Assembly: GCF_964204645.1 (NCBI RefSeq)
Contig: NC_134031.1
Coordinates: forward strand, 4,960,001-5,024,000
Reading direction: 5' to 3'
Length of the DNA stretch: 64,000 nucleotides
Source: Tubulanus polymorphus
Taxonomy: Eukaryota; Animalia; Nemertea
Part shown: piece by piece, positions 1 to 13,200 of the stretch
How the letters are laid out: each line of letters starts with the position of its first letter
Numbering within the stretch: position 1 is the first letter of the stretch
Made by a program: the position numbers and the translations under genes
The notes under the pieces: generated by a model
The model's database searches: none
What the model saw: the letters and a program-made list of their open reading frames with translations, nothing else
Told to the model about the DNA's origin: nothing

Positions 1-872
<872 letters not shown>

Positions 873-1196
873 GCTCGTACAGTACACTACGGTGATGCTG
901 TAACGCGTGAACGTTTGATATGAAAATAGGCTGAATAATCATAGCAGAAGATGAGCGCTGTGTTTTCTGTTCGATAGAATTTGTAATAAATTGTAATTTC
1001 TTGTGACCTGAAAATACTAAGCAGCAAACTAAAAGGTCTGTCGAGGTCTGAATATTGTAGTGGTAAATTCCAGGACTTAAAACGATCTAATAGCCGATTT
1101 CTTCTGTACCACCGATATTTTAGCTTCCGTGGCCAACATTGGAAGTGGTTTCCAAGACCCAATATTCAGCCACCCTCTGATATGTGATGAATTTTA

Positions 1197-1763
1197 GGCC
1201 ATCCCAAAATAATGGTCTGTTTGCCGTAACCCGACCAACCTGACTTCAGAGGTACCGAGTGAAAACTTTTTTCTAGGATTCATTGAAATAAATTTTATTT
1301 TTGATAAAAACAGCCGACCGACTATGAGCTACGTATGTTTGAATTCTAGTGTGCATGGTGTGAAAACATGCCTTGACATGTGGCCTAGTTTAAGTTTCCA
1401 GGAAACTGGCAGTGTTCCAATAAGCTGCCATTCATTCTAATAGTGACTAAAGTGACTGAATAGCTGGTAACGTGAAAGCGCGCACATATTCAATGTACCG
1501 TTTCATTTTTAAGACAGAGATGACGCTCTGGACGAAGTTATAATTTTAGAATAATTCTTGAAATCTACGCTATTAGACAAATGTCCTGTGCACAACGTAG
1601 ATGATTTTTTGCGATATTGTTTCCATGTAAAAAAGCCCAAAGGTGAAAAATTTGTTTTTTTTTTGCCCAAAAATTTTGCAAAAAAAAATTCTACCTACCT
1701 ACCGACTCATCCTGAAAAGTTGAGTCGGTGTTGCAGCAAACAGACAATTATTTTGGGATGGCC
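1197..1763. mobile_element. Non-autonomous DNA transposon (Zator- or PIF/Harbinger-like)
   Basis: TIR ggccatcccaaaataat ... attattttgggatggcc. TTA on both flanks (a TWA target-site duplication) and GG..CC termini. Confidence 0.7.
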
Positions 1764-3210
1764 TTATTTGAATATTTTTTCATATCATATTAAACATATT
1801 TTTTTGAAAATATAAAATAGTTTCCCTGCCGTGCCTACCTGTACCCTACAAACTTTTAGACGTGGACCGCAAACAAATGTATATCTTTGGTCTTATTTGA
1901 CTACAAAATAATTCTTTAGGAAAGATAAAATACAATATAAACTGTGGATCTTTGAAGTCACGAATTAAAAAGATTTTTCAAGCAATGCCCTTACTCCAAA
2001 CAACCTCTAGCTTTCAAGGTAAACCACACTTTGCCCATGGGCAATTTATTTCAATGAGGCTCGTCATTTAGTTCGCATCTCTGGATTGGATTCAGAATGT
2101 TACTTGTATTCTGATTTCATTAGCACCCGCTGGTGAGTAATCGTCTCCGCGCGATCACGGCCTAGGTCTTACGAGAATGGTCGCTTACGTGTGTTGTGCT
2201 TCATGAATTCATCTATTTCATTAATAGGGGTAATCAGCCGATTTTACTTAAAGTTATCACTGAATCTACGTGTTTTTTCACACACTGATAGCTATCTGTA
2301 TGAACTGAAGGCACGGCTATTTCTTTACTTGAAAACAATTACGTGGCTCTGAATAAACACTTAAAAACACTTGTCAAGCATCTGTCGCAATAGGGACTTA
2401 TTACATTATAGCAAATAGTGAGAATCAAGTTGCAGTTACTTTCAACGCACGACTTATAAAAAAACACGTATCCAAGGGATTTGTCTAGTTGAATGCCCGG
2501 ATATTTACCTCTTTTATAATGTTACTCGTTTATATTTTCATTTCATCAACACGCGCTGATGAGGAGTGGTCTTCACGAATTCATCTATTCCATAAACGGC
2601 AGAGTTAGTAACAAGCTGATTTTGGTCAGTTGTTACTGAATCACACCTGATTACTATCTGCGTGAACTGACGACTAATCTCGTTAGTTGAAAACAACAAC
2701 GTGGACCCCGATAAAATCCTGTGGCTCAGTTTCACAAAAAAAGTTTAACTTCAATGAGGCGACATGTTTGCTGCGGGCTTCAAAGAGTTAGTTTCTTTAT
2801 CGGATATTTACTACGATAAATCATTAGAGTGCCGAGTCGTATAGGCTCGCCATGGACGGCATTTTACCTCAACTGATGATCGGTCTCATTGCGACTAACT
2901 CCTAAAACGGAATGATTAACCGTGGCTCGGCTCGTGTTAATGACCATACGTTGCTTTATTAATACGTGATTCGTGAAAAATGAAGGAAATTCGACATTTT
3001 GAACCAAATAATTCTTCGGATTTACGCAGGGAAAAGTTAGTGTTATGGTGATCGCTAGTTGATGATCGATATAAATTTTAATGATGTAAGAAATATTTCT
3101 ATCAGGGAAAATGAGGATCATATTCGACGAGAGGAGATCTCTTTCCGATTTAATGAGGAATAATATTCATAACTACTGCAGCAGTTTTCAGACATCACTC
3201 ACAGTTAGAG

Positions 3211-4290
3211 ATGAACGCGACTTTCAGTGTGAATTTGACCGCAGTCGCTACGACGACCGTCAAAGGATTCAGACCGCATCCTAGATGCGAATTCATCCAT
3301 CATTCCGACTACAAACCGTTTAACTTGAACATGTTTTACCAGGTTAAGAACTGGGTGGTCGCTAGCGTCGCTGTGTTTGGCGTTATCGGAAACATTTTGT
3401 CGTTCGTGATTCTGCACAAAGAAATCTCGAAAAATACGAGTATTTTCTATCTGAAATATCTGGCTATTCTCGACGTGTGTATGTGTGCGTCTTATCTTGT
3501 ATTTGATTTCCAGAATGAATTGTACAGTCACACGTTATTACTCGACCATACCTTACAATTCAACCACTTTATGAAGAGGCTCTACCCGTACACGCAACAA
3601 GTAAGGTTCCGTTTTTCTGGTGTGGCTGATTTGTTAATTCTGGTGATCGCTGTGGACAGATTGATCGTAGTTCGGTGGCCTCTAAAAGCCAGCACACTGA
3701 TTTCAATGAAACGAGCTCGCATCAATGTAGTAGCTATAACTTTATTTATTGCCTTCATGTCGGTGCAGTCGTTTTTTCTTAGATGGACTAGTAGGTCTAT
3801 CAATCCGTGCACTGGACACGAAAGATGGGCAATGAAATATACATCTTTCAGTAAAAACCTTTACTTTCGCTATTACATGTTATTCGTAAATGCTACGATC
3901 TTTCATATAATTCCATCCATGGCCATTTTCATGATTACCATAAATATAATTGTAATTCTGAAATGTACAAGATTAGCCAGAGAACACATTGCGTCATCAA
4001 CAGTTACTTCTAGGAATAAACAAGATCGAAGTTTGACGATTTCTTTAGTTATTATTTGCTGTATACATTTGATAAAACGCTCTCTACTTTTGTCCGGTTC
4101 GATCAACAACTTGTTGTTGTATTTATATGGAAAGAAAGCTTTGCTTTTCCCCGGTAAAGGGCCTTATATAGACGGCGTGAAAGACTTGTTGAGAAAAGTT
4201 TCAGCGTCTGCAAATTTCTTCATTTACGTCGCGATGAGAGAAAGTTTTCGTCGCCGACTTAATGAGATGTTTTGTAATTGTAAATACTGA
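3211..4290 (+). CDS. Intronless rhodopsin-family GPCR, FMRFamide-receptor-like, tandem copy 1 (359 aa)
   Basis: Seven hydrophobic segments; TM1 GVIGNILS; TM2 YLKYLAILD; TM3 AVDRLIVVRWPL; TM7 SASANFFIY; helix 8 ESFRRRL; N-terminal glycosylation sequons NAT and NLT. Confidence 0.93.
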   Translation: MNATFSVNLTAVATTTVKGFRPHPRCEFIHHSDYKPFNLNMFYQVKNWVVASVAVFGVIGNILSFVILHKEISKNTSIFYLKYLAILDVCMCASYLVFDFQNELYSHTLLLDHTLQFNHFMKRLYPYTQQVRFRFSGVADLLILVIAVDRLIVVRWPLKASTLISMKRARINVVAITLFIAFMSVQSFFLRWTSRSINPCTGHERWAMKYTSFSKNLYFRYYMLFVNATIFHIIPSMAIFMITINIIVILKCTRLAREHIASSTVTSRNKQDRSLTISLVIICCIHLIKRSLLLSGSINNLLLYLYGKKALLFPGKGPYIDGVKDLLRKVSASANFFIYVAMRESFRRRLNEMFCNCKY

Positions 4291-4940
4291 ACTGCTTTAT
4301 AAATGGGGTAGGATGCCGGCATAGAAACCTAGAAACTCGAGTGACCATCGGCATTCACACTGGATTACTGGGGAAGCCAATTGAGGAGGTGAAAGAAAGA
4401 AAAAAAAATCTAGAAAATATCCAGGCAATGAGAACGAAGGTTTTGTACGCGGATCGCCAATTGTTGAACCTCGTTACAACAACTCGGACACAACGGTTCA
4501 TGGGATGTTACAAATATAGAATTTTATCCTGAGTAAGACTAATTGATTAATTTCATGCTGGATATAACCTCTCTTATAACGAACATATTTTCTTGTCCCG
4601 TGAAGTTCGCTGTATCAAACGAGCTTATTCTCGTTAGGAAGATGAGCCTGATTGCCGTAGCACGATAATCACACAGTATGGAAATTTGTAGCAACTTAGT
4701 CCAATCAAACTATTTGAGTTGGGATATCTAAAACAACTTACATTCAAAATTATTGCATATCATTGGATAATGAACATTTCTACCATAAATGAACAACGAC
4801 TTATCCATGCAAAAACTTGGCGTATTTAGAATCAAATTTCACCTATTAAAATGATTCCTGATGGAGTTATGACATTGAACGTATGGAATTTTAGTGAAAC
4901 CCAGGTCGTGCGTGTAAGTTTAAATACGTCCCATTTCATT

Positions 4941-5138
4941 CAGGGCTGCCAACTGATTTTCTGTATTTGTTTATTCTATAATGCAAAATACGGATTTGAT
5001 TTGTTTGACGCATACAGAGATATGAAAGATGTTACTGATGGTCTTACTCTTGATTACTGATTAATTTGAACATTTACTTTCATGTTTTAACAAAATGTTA
5101 CTGAAAAAAATTCAACTTGTAAGAGGTTGGCAGCCCTG
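4941..5138. mobile_element. hAT-like MITE
   Basis: TIR cagggctgccaact ... aggttggcagccctg; near-identical 6 bp flanks ttcatt/ttcgtt; interior similar to 9716-10046. Confidence 0.6.
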
Positions 5139-6645
5139 TTCGTTATATTTCAGTTGATTTTTGCACTATTCGAAAACATCTCAAGACGTTCCTAAAGGAT
5201 ACAAATTGAAATAACAAATTCGTAGTAACTGATAATGAAATAAGTTTATTTTTTCATAGCTCTTTTTCAATTGTCTTTTGCGAGGTAAAAATGTTTTTAA
5301 GAATGTTTCAATAAAGGTAGATAAAACATAAAAAACAACTCTTTCCGATACGATTTCAGGTGCGCGCTCCATGTAAGAATGTTTTCAAGACTTCACTGAT
5401 CGATCGCAGATATAGACTAAAATTGAAGACGAAAAATCAAAAATTACAACGACATTCATTTAGCAATTGTCAAGCAATATCTGCGATCAAATCCACAAAA
5501 AGGCCAGCTACGTAGATATTGTAATTGATTCGAAGAAAATTTGATTATTTTGAGCGAGCTGTTTGTTTTAATCGCTAAAAACTTTGTACCTACCTCGGGG
5601 CCAGATCGAGATGGAGCCCGAGGAGCACGTGCTCCCGTCACCATTTTCCTATGCCCATTTGAAAAATGGCAGCGATTTTTTCAAGGAATCTTCCATCCAT
5701 TATTAATGGAAAAGCAGCCAGGTGCCGTAGACTTAAGCTTGTATTCTCTTAAAATTCAATCAAGTACCTGGAGATTGCATTAAAATGCAGTGAAATTTTA
5801 AAATTTTCTAGCTAAATTTGGCGTCGACTTGCTTTTTTAGTGGACGATCTGCCCTTTGTCCTTATGATGCCTTTTTCACTTCTTTGTGCTCCTGTCAGTC
5901 TGCAGCTAGATCAGCCCCCAAAACTATATTTCATTTGGTGACCAGTGGCCTCTATGGGTCAGTACATTTTTGGTAGGTGATAGGTTATGAATTCCATGGA
6001 CATAGGTTTCGATATTCCCACATGGTCTCCACTGGCATCGCTAAAACATTCTGAAATTTGGAAATGCTCCTACTAAATTCTAAGCCAATGAAGTGAAAAG
6101 CTTGAACTGCTGGACCAAAAACGCCATTCGTTTCCTCAGGTTTTTCGCTTGTCCCAGATATGAATGTTGATGATGGAAGAAAAAATTCTAATGGGAAAAT
6201 CAGCATCAGTTTAGATGTGAAATATATCTTTTTTTCTGATTTAATTAGATGATATTTTTTTCTGATACTGACACTTGATGCAAGGCCTATAAGCCTCTAG
6301 TTGAAAAAATGGATTTAGCTGTGTGCAATTAACTGAGTGTATTGGTATTAAGCGTTACGAAGCACATCTCATAAATTGCATAAATTGTTGATTAACGGTG
6401 GGTCTTGAATCAGTTAGCGAGGTAGCGCAGAATTCGGCACGAAAATCCTTTCCAAAATCATTTCGCTGATTAGCCTCGGGAACTAAATTGAAAATATAGG
6501 AAATACAATCGCTAAAAGATTTGTTATTTTTTTCGGAAAATTGGTCTCTTAACTTCTGTTGATTGTGATGAAAAGTGTTAATATTGTTAATGGTAGTTTT
6601 CTCAGAAATACTGCAGCAGTTTTCAAACGTCACTCACAGTTAGAG

Positions 6646-7734
6646 ATGAACGCGACTTTCATTGTTAATTGGACTGCAGTCGCTACGACAGCCATCAAAG
6701 GATTCAGACCGCATCCTAGATGCGAATTCATCCATCATTCCGACTACAAACCGTTTAACTTGAACCTGTTCTACCAGATTAGGAACTGGGTCATCGCTAG
6801 CTTCGCTGCGTTTGGTGTTATCGGAAACATTTTGTCGTTCGTGATTCTGCGCAAGGAAAACCGGAAAAATACGAGTATTTTCTATCTGAAATATCTGGCT
6901 ATTCTCGACGTGTGTATGTGTGCGTCTTATCTTGTATTTGATTTCCAGAGTGAATTGTACAGTCACACGTTATTGCTCGACCATACTTTACAATTCAACC
7001 ACTTTATGAAGAGACTCTACCCGTACACGCAACAAATAAGGTTCCGTTTTTCTGGTGTGGCTGATTTGTTAATTCTGGTAATCGCTGTGGACAGATTTAT
7101 TGTAGTTCGGTGGCCTCTAAAAGCCAGCACACTGATTTCAATGAGACGAGCTCGCATCAATGTAGTAGCTATAACTTTATTTATTGCCTTGATGTCGGTG
7201 CAGTCGTTTTTTCTTAGATGGACTCGAAGGTCTATCAATCCGTGCACTGGACACGAAAGATGGACAATTAAACTGACAACTGTATACAAACACCCTTACT
7301 ATCGTTATTACATGTTATTCGTTCATGCACCAATTTTTCATATGATTCCGTCTGTGGGCATTTTCATAATTACCATTAATATAATTGTAATACTGAAATC
7401 TTCAAGTGATACCAGAAAACACATGACGTCATCAACAGTTCCTTCTAGGAATAAACAAGATCGAAGTTTGACGATTTCTTTAGTTATTATTTGCTGTATA
7501 CATTTGATAAAACGCTCTTTGCTTTTGTCCGGTGCGATAAGCAACTTGTTATTGTATAAATACGGAAAGAAAGCTTTACTGTTACCCGGTAAAGGGCCTT
7601 ATATGGACGGCATAAAAGACTTGATGAGAAAAGTTTCAGCGTCCGCGAATTTCTTCATTTACGTCGCGATGAGAGAAAGTTTTCGTCACCGACTTCGCAA
7701 AATGTGTTTCGTTATCAGAAACAAGAAAATTTAA
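6646..7734 (+). CDS. Intronless FMRFamide-receptor-like GPCR, tandem copy 2
   Basis: Paralog of copy 1. The ATG at 6646 was chosen by alignment with the other copies (MNATF); an in-frame ATG also exists at 6568. DRF and NFFIY motifs; AATAAA just after the stop. Confidence 0.92.
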   Translation: MNATFIVNWTAVATTAIKGFRPHPRCEFIHHSDYKPFNLNLFYQIRNWVIASFAAFGVIGNILSFVILRKENRKNTSIFYLKYLAILDVCMCASYLVFDFQSELYSHTLLLDHTLQFNHFMKRLYPYTQQIRFRFSGVADLLILVIAVDRFIVVRWPLKASTLISMRRARINVVAITLFIALMSVQSFFLRWTRRSINPCTGHERWTIKLTTVYKHPYYRYYMLFVHAPIFHMIPSVGIFIITINIIVILKSSSDTRKHMTSSTVPSRNKQDRSLTISLVIICCIHLIKRSLLLSGAISNLLLYKYGKKALLLPGKGPYMDGIKDLMRKVSASANFFIYVAMRESFRHRLRKMCFVIRNKKI

Positions 7735-7790
7735 TTTAATAAACAATTTGATGCCTGCGAAAAAAAAATGTAGAATTCGAGGGATAAGCT

Positions 7791-9640
7791 AATATGATAT
7801 GATTTATTTGCATAAAAGATTGTTACAGAGTTTACAAATGAATACACAATATATGGAAAACAATGTACCAATAAATTATGCGAGGAATTAGGAGAAGCCA
7901 AAGTTGGCTTAATCTAGTCCTAACCCCTCGTCCATACACTCTCACATACACACAGACATATACACCAATTCACATTCATTTCTAGTTTACCAAACAAACC
8001 AAATATACATAATATACATAGACAATTGCAGATAAAGTAATGTGGCACGTTCAAAAAGATTACACAGATAATTAATAAGTGGAACGAAGATAACGCTGAA
8101 GCTGAATTTTGAAGTTGGATATCGAGTCTAGATATTTTAATTTCTCTGGTAAACCATTCCAGAATTTCGCTCCTTGAATTTTCATAGATGTATACTTGTA
8201 TTTAGATTTAGCAAATTCTATTGATAAGGCCATAGGTCTGCGACTAGAACGTAGATTTTGGGTGTTCCTGAGAATGAAAAAATCTTTGAAAATGGTCGGT
8301 AATAAAAGGTTGATACTTAAGAAGGCAAGCGATCCAATTTGAAGTCTGTAAATGTCATCCAGTTTAAGAATTTCTAATTTCCTGAAAATCGGGGATGTAT
8401 GTTCAAGCCCATCTGAACGAGTGATTATCCGAAGGGCTTTTTTCTGAAGGATGTATAATGGTTGCAAATAAATTTTACAGGCATTTCCCCAAATGAGATT
8501 GGCATAATGTAGGTGTGAGTGAACGAAACAATAGTAGATTTTAGAATATCTGAAGGTAAAATGTACTTTAATCTATTGATTATACCAATTCCACGAGATA
8601 CTTTTTTACACGTAAAAGATATATGCTCCTTCCAGGTTAAATTGTGATCAAATATAACACCTAGAAACTTTGTAGAATCAACACGTTTGATAATTTGGTC
8701 GTCCAGACGAATGGTGAGTTTAATATGGTCTTTATTACCAAAAATGATATACTGGGTTTTTCCTACATTTACAGACAATCTATTAGCCCGAAACCATTAC
8801 AGGAGGAAGGGCAGTCGTTGATATAAATCAAAAATAATAGCGGCCCTAGGATAGAGCCTTGAGGGACACCAGAATTAATGTAGAGAGTTGAGGATAAACA
8901 GTTATTGAACTTCACTGCTTGTTTTCTATTAGTTAGATAATTTTGGAACCAGAGATATGGTATGCCACGTATACCGTAATGTTCTAATTTTGAATTTAGG
9001 ATTTTGTGATTAATTGTGTCAAATGCTTTTGATAAGTCTATGAAAACACCAGCGGTTATTAAACCATTATCTAGAGAGTTTGCTATTTTATCAGTAATGT
9101 ACGTTAATGCAGAGGAAGTTGAGTACTTTTTTCTAAAACCAAACTGCCGGTCATTTAAGATTTTATATTTGTCAAGAAATTTTATCAACCGATTGTAAAC
9201 AAGTTTTTCCAACACCTTTGAAATTGAGGGTAGAACAGAAATAGGGCGATAGTTACTAAAAGAAGACTTATCACCCATTTTGTAAATAGGGGTTATGTAA
9301 GCGATTTTGAAAATATTGGGAACTATACCTGTGACAAAGCTACAATTAAAGATATGAGTTAAGGGACTTGAAATAGCGCAAATAATAGATTTGAGTAATT
9401 TATTGCTGATATTGTCACATCCACACGATGGTTTACTTTGTAAGTTAGATACAATTTCCTCGACTTCTGAGGGGTATGTAGGTGAGAGAAAAAAGTTTTC
9501 TTCGTTTTTATCGCCAAGATATTGTTTAAAATCGTGAGTGGAATTTGGAATTTTAGACTCAAGAGATGAAGCAATATTTACAAAATAATCATTGAACTGG
9601 TTTGCAATTTCTAGTTCATCAGTAATAACCCTGTTATTGT
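7791..9640 (-). mobile_element. 5'-truncated, frameshifted non-LTR retrotransposon (CR1/L2/Crack-like LINE, ORF2 reverse transcriptase)
   Basis: ORF fragments 9359-9574, 8769-9278, 8425-8778 and 8072-8467 carry NYRPISVL, QFGFR, FIDLSKAFDTI, GVPQGSILGPLLFLIYIND, KFLGV and LQKKALRII. The (Y/F)ADD catalytic motif is deleted. The 3' end reads aataaatcatatcatat on the minus strand near 7791-7810. Confidence 0.92.
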
Positions 9641-9715
9641 GTAAAAACTCAGAATTACACTTCTTATTGGAGAGACGATTATGTAGGACCCGGTTTCCCG
9701 AGGCACATGCTTATC

Positions 9716-10046
9716 CAGAGCTGCCAACTGTTCTCTGGGCCCGGTTTTATAGACTGTATGGTAGTAACTTTAACCTGGACGTTAACTCAGTTCATTTTCA
9801 ATTTAGTTAGCGCCTGGATTAAAGATAATACCAGTCTTCAAAACCCACCCCTGATGTTCAGTATTTTTTACTATTTGTTACAACCAATATACTGATTCTA
9901 TTTGTTTGTTGCCTACAGAAATATGAAAGATGCAACTTATGGTCTTACTGGTGATTACTGATTAAGTTTCTTTCATATTTCAAGGAATGTTACTGAAAAC
10001 AATTAAATTTGTTACTGATAGCACGTCTCAGAGGTTGGCAACCCTG
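9716..10046. mobile_element. hAT-like MITE with 6 bp target-site duplication
   Basis: TIR cagagctgccaac ... gttggcaaccctg; cttatc duplicated at 9710-9715 and 10047-10052. Confidence 0.7.
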
Positions 10047-11525
10047 CTTATCCGAATTCCCTCATGGTCTTCACAGGCACCACATACATTCGGCTCGTTC
10101 CAAATTTTTGGCCAATGGAATTGAGAAGTTTGAACTTCTGGGCTAAAAAACAACATTGGTATCGACAGGTTTTTACCTTATTGATAATTGATATGAATGT
10201 TGAAGATGTAGAAAAAATTCAATCAACCCAATTTTACCTAATTTCCACAGTACCCAGTGCTGCACATTTTTTGGTTTCAGGTTTTAGATCAGGAGTTGAA
10301 ATTTGTTTGTATTCAACGTTTAGGTGCTCGAGCCAAATTTGTAATGAGACTGCGTGTATACCTATGTTAGGAAAACCTGCTTGTCACCAACTTTGCGAAA
10401 TGTGTTTTTTGTTATGAGAAAAAATGGCCGTGATTGGCAGTTTAGTACTGAACCTGCTTGATTAGTGAGACAGTTACTAGGAGTGTGTTGCCAAATTAGC
10501 AACCTAGATTATGCAACTCTGTGACTGTTTTATTATGTTCTTGAGTTTTCCAGTGGTTATAACAGACGATTCAATTTATTTCATCATCTTACCTCAACTG
10601 ATGCTCAGTCTCCGTAAGACTAAATCCTAAAACGGAATTGTCAGCCATGGCTCGGCTCGTGTTATTGACTGCACGTTGCTTTATCAATGAAAAGTGAAGA
10701 AATTTTATCATTTTGAACAAAGATATTCCTTGGATTTACTCAGGGAATTCAGTGTTATAACATGGAAAAATCAACTGAAAACATCTCAAGATTTTCCTAA
10801 TTAGGGAAGAAAATAGGAAAGGTGACGAATTAGGGTTATATGTACAAAGTCTGTGGCTCACGAGAGACCAACTAGTAGTCATTACTAAGATTCCTCCTGG
10901 AGTTATGCGCTTATGTATGAACCTAACTCTGGAATTTCTTGATTTTACTATGGGATATAGAAGATTTTGCAATAGTGGTCTGAGCTCTCATGAAATGCTC
11001 CTGCGTACTACATTCTCGGCCAATGAATCGAAAAGTTTGAAAACGCCTTTGGTTTCCGCAGGTTTTTCGTTCGTTAGTAATTGATATGATTATTAATGAT
11101 GTGAAAAAAATTCTAGCTGGATAATCAGCATCAGTATACGATCTTTTTCTGATTTAATTCGAATGATATTTTTTCTGACACTGACACTTTATGCAAAGCT
11201 TATGAGTCTGTAGATTAGAATGGAATTAGCCGTGTGCAATTAAGTAAGTGTAGATCAACATCTCATAAATTTTTGATTAATCGTGGGTCTTGAATCAGTA
11301 TGCGGGGTCGCACAAAATTCGGAACGAAAATCCTTTCCAAAATCATTTTGCTGATAGCCTCGCAAACTAGATTGAAAATATATGTAATTCAATCATTGAA
11401 AGATGAGATTTTTTTGGGATATTTGGTCTCTCAACTTCTCTTGCCTCAGTTGAAAACAGTTAATATTATTAATCGTAGCTCAGAAATACTGCAGCAGTTT
11501 TCCAGATGTCACTCACAAGTTAAAT

Positions 11526-12617
11526 ATGAACGCGACTTTCAGTGTGAATTGGACGGCAGTCGCTACAACGACCGTCAAAGGATTCAGACCGCATCCTAGA
11601 TGCAAATTCATCCATCATTCTGACTACAAACCATTTAACTTGAACCTGTTCTACCAGATTAGGAACTGGGTCATCGCTAGCGTCGCTGTGTTCGGTGTTA
11701 TCGGAAACATTTTGTCGTTCGTGATTCTGCACAAAGAAATCTCGAAAAATACGAGTATTTTCTATCTGAAATATCTGGCTATTCTCGACGTGTGTATGTG
11801 TGCGTCTTATCTTGTATTTGATTTCCAGAATGAATTGTACAGTCACACGTTATTACTCGACCATACCTTACAATTCAACCACTTTATGAAAAGACTCTAC
11901 CCGTACACGCAACAAGTAAGGTTCCGTTTTTCTGGTGTGGCTGATTTGTTAATTCTGGTGATCGCTGTGGACAGATTTATTGTAGTTCGGTGGCCTCTAA
12001 AAGCAAGCACATTGATTTCAATGAAACGAGCTCGCATCAATGTAGTAGCTATAACTTTATTTATTGCCTTGATGTCAGTGCAGTCGTTTTTTCTTAAATG
12101 GACTAGTAGATCTATCAATCCATGCACTGGACATGAAAGATGGACAATGAAGATAACTGCTTTCAGTAAAAACACTTACTATCGTTATTACATGTTATTC
12201 GTTCATGCACCAATTTTTCATATGATTCCTTCTGTGACCATTTCCATAATTACCATACGTATACTTGTAATACTGAAATCTTCAAGCGATACCAGAAAAC
12301 ACATGATGTCATCAACAGTTCCTTCTAGGAATAAACAAGATCGAAGTTTGACGATTTCTTTAGTTATTATTTGCTGTATACATTTGATAAAACGCTGTCT
12401 ACTTTTGTCCGGTGTGATCAACAACTTGTTGGTGTATAAATACGGAAAGAAAGCATTGCTGTTACCCGGTAAAGCACTTTATATGAACGGCGTGAAAGAC
12501 GTGATGAAAAATGTTTCAGCGTCTGCGAATTTCTTCATTTACGTCGCTATGAGAGAAAGTTTTCGTCACCGACTTCGCGAAATGTGTTTCGTTATCAGAA
12601 AAAATGGCAGTGATTAA
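11526..12617 (+). CDS. Intronless FMRFamide-receptor-like GPCR, tandem copy 3 (363 aa)
   Basis: Intact ORF paralogous to copies 1, 2 and 4, with the same 7TM motifs. Confidence 0.93.
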   Translation: MNATFSVNWTAVATTTVKGFRPHPRCKFIHHSDYKPFNLNLFYQIRNWVIASVAVFGVIGNILSFVILHKEISKNTSIFYLKYLAILDVCMCASYLVFDFQNELYSHTLLLDHTLQFNHFMKRLYPYTQQVRFRFSGVADLLILVIAVDRFIVVRWPLKASTLISMKRARINVVAITLFIALMSVQSFFLKWTSRSINPCTGHERWTMKITAFSKNTYYRYYMLFVHAPIFHMIPSVTISIITIRILVILKSSSDTRKHMMSSTVPSRNKQDRSLTISLVIICCIHLIKRCLLLSGVINNLLVYKYGKKALLLPGKALYMNGVKDVMKNVSASANFFIYVAMRESFRHRLREMCFVIRKNGSD

Positions 12618-13060
12618 CCAGGATTAGCAGTGATGCTGAAACCGCTAAAAACAGTTACTAGAGACAGTAACTATCAGCATTGAAATCTTATTACAGTTTT
12701 GAGGCACCATTTTTTGGTCAATGTGCGCGGTTGGCATCGGTGAATTTTTTCTCTATTATTAGTGTTGTTGACTGAGGGAATTATTGATTGACAACACTAT
12801 TAACTTGTGAATTCCATGTAACTAACTGAATATATCTTACTAAAATGTATAAGGTTTGATTTTATTCTCATGTTCAGAGGAAGGAATGATGACGGTGATA
12901 CCTAGAAAGGTCGCTTATCCAATTGTTTAGCTAGAGAGAGTTGAATGACCATAAAGCCTGAATGAAAATGTATTGGTAAGAAGCGGTTCAAATCTAGAAA
13001 CGAGAGAGAAAAGATGGTCCCATATTTTAATACACTTAGAATCGAATAGCGTCACTGACA

Positions 13061-13200
13061 ATTAGGGTTTCTGCTGCTTTCACAGAAACCCTGTTGTTAT
13101 TCCGTGGATTATTGTTATTAGGGTTATCTGACCTTCGTCACCTGTTCCTGAAATTCTGTTGATTATTATTATTATATATTTTCCACTTATTTTCACACAT
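13061..13200. mobile_element. Possible Helentron/HINE-type 5' end remnant
   Basis: attagggtttctg...cagaaaccct hairpin followed by an (att)n-like run, partly repeated. This resembles the 5' ends of non-autonomous Helentrons. Confidence 0.35.

Noticed and set aside
2556-2910. CTGATGA boxes (2556, 2873; also ~10598 and ~13877) as possible hammerhead cores or snoRNA C boxes
   Set aside because: No correctly placed GAAA with closing stems and no D box with terminal stem. The 2873, 10598 and 13877 hits are paralogous pieces of the duplicated GPCR upstream region.
3205-3531. 108 aa antisense ORF preserved in all four GPCR copies (also 6640-6966, 11520-11846, 15033-15359), plus other antisense ORFs in the array
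   Set aside because: The copies are nearly identical in DNA here, so persistence is expected. The ORFs start at GTG and contain no recognisable domain.
6559-6645. N-terminal extension of GPCR copy 2 (and the 61686-61850 extension of the Rho-BTB ORF)
   Set aside because: The GPCR extension is not open in the paralogs. The Rho-BTB extension begins in intron-like sequence upstream of an acceptor at 61720. The downstream ATGs fit family alignments better.
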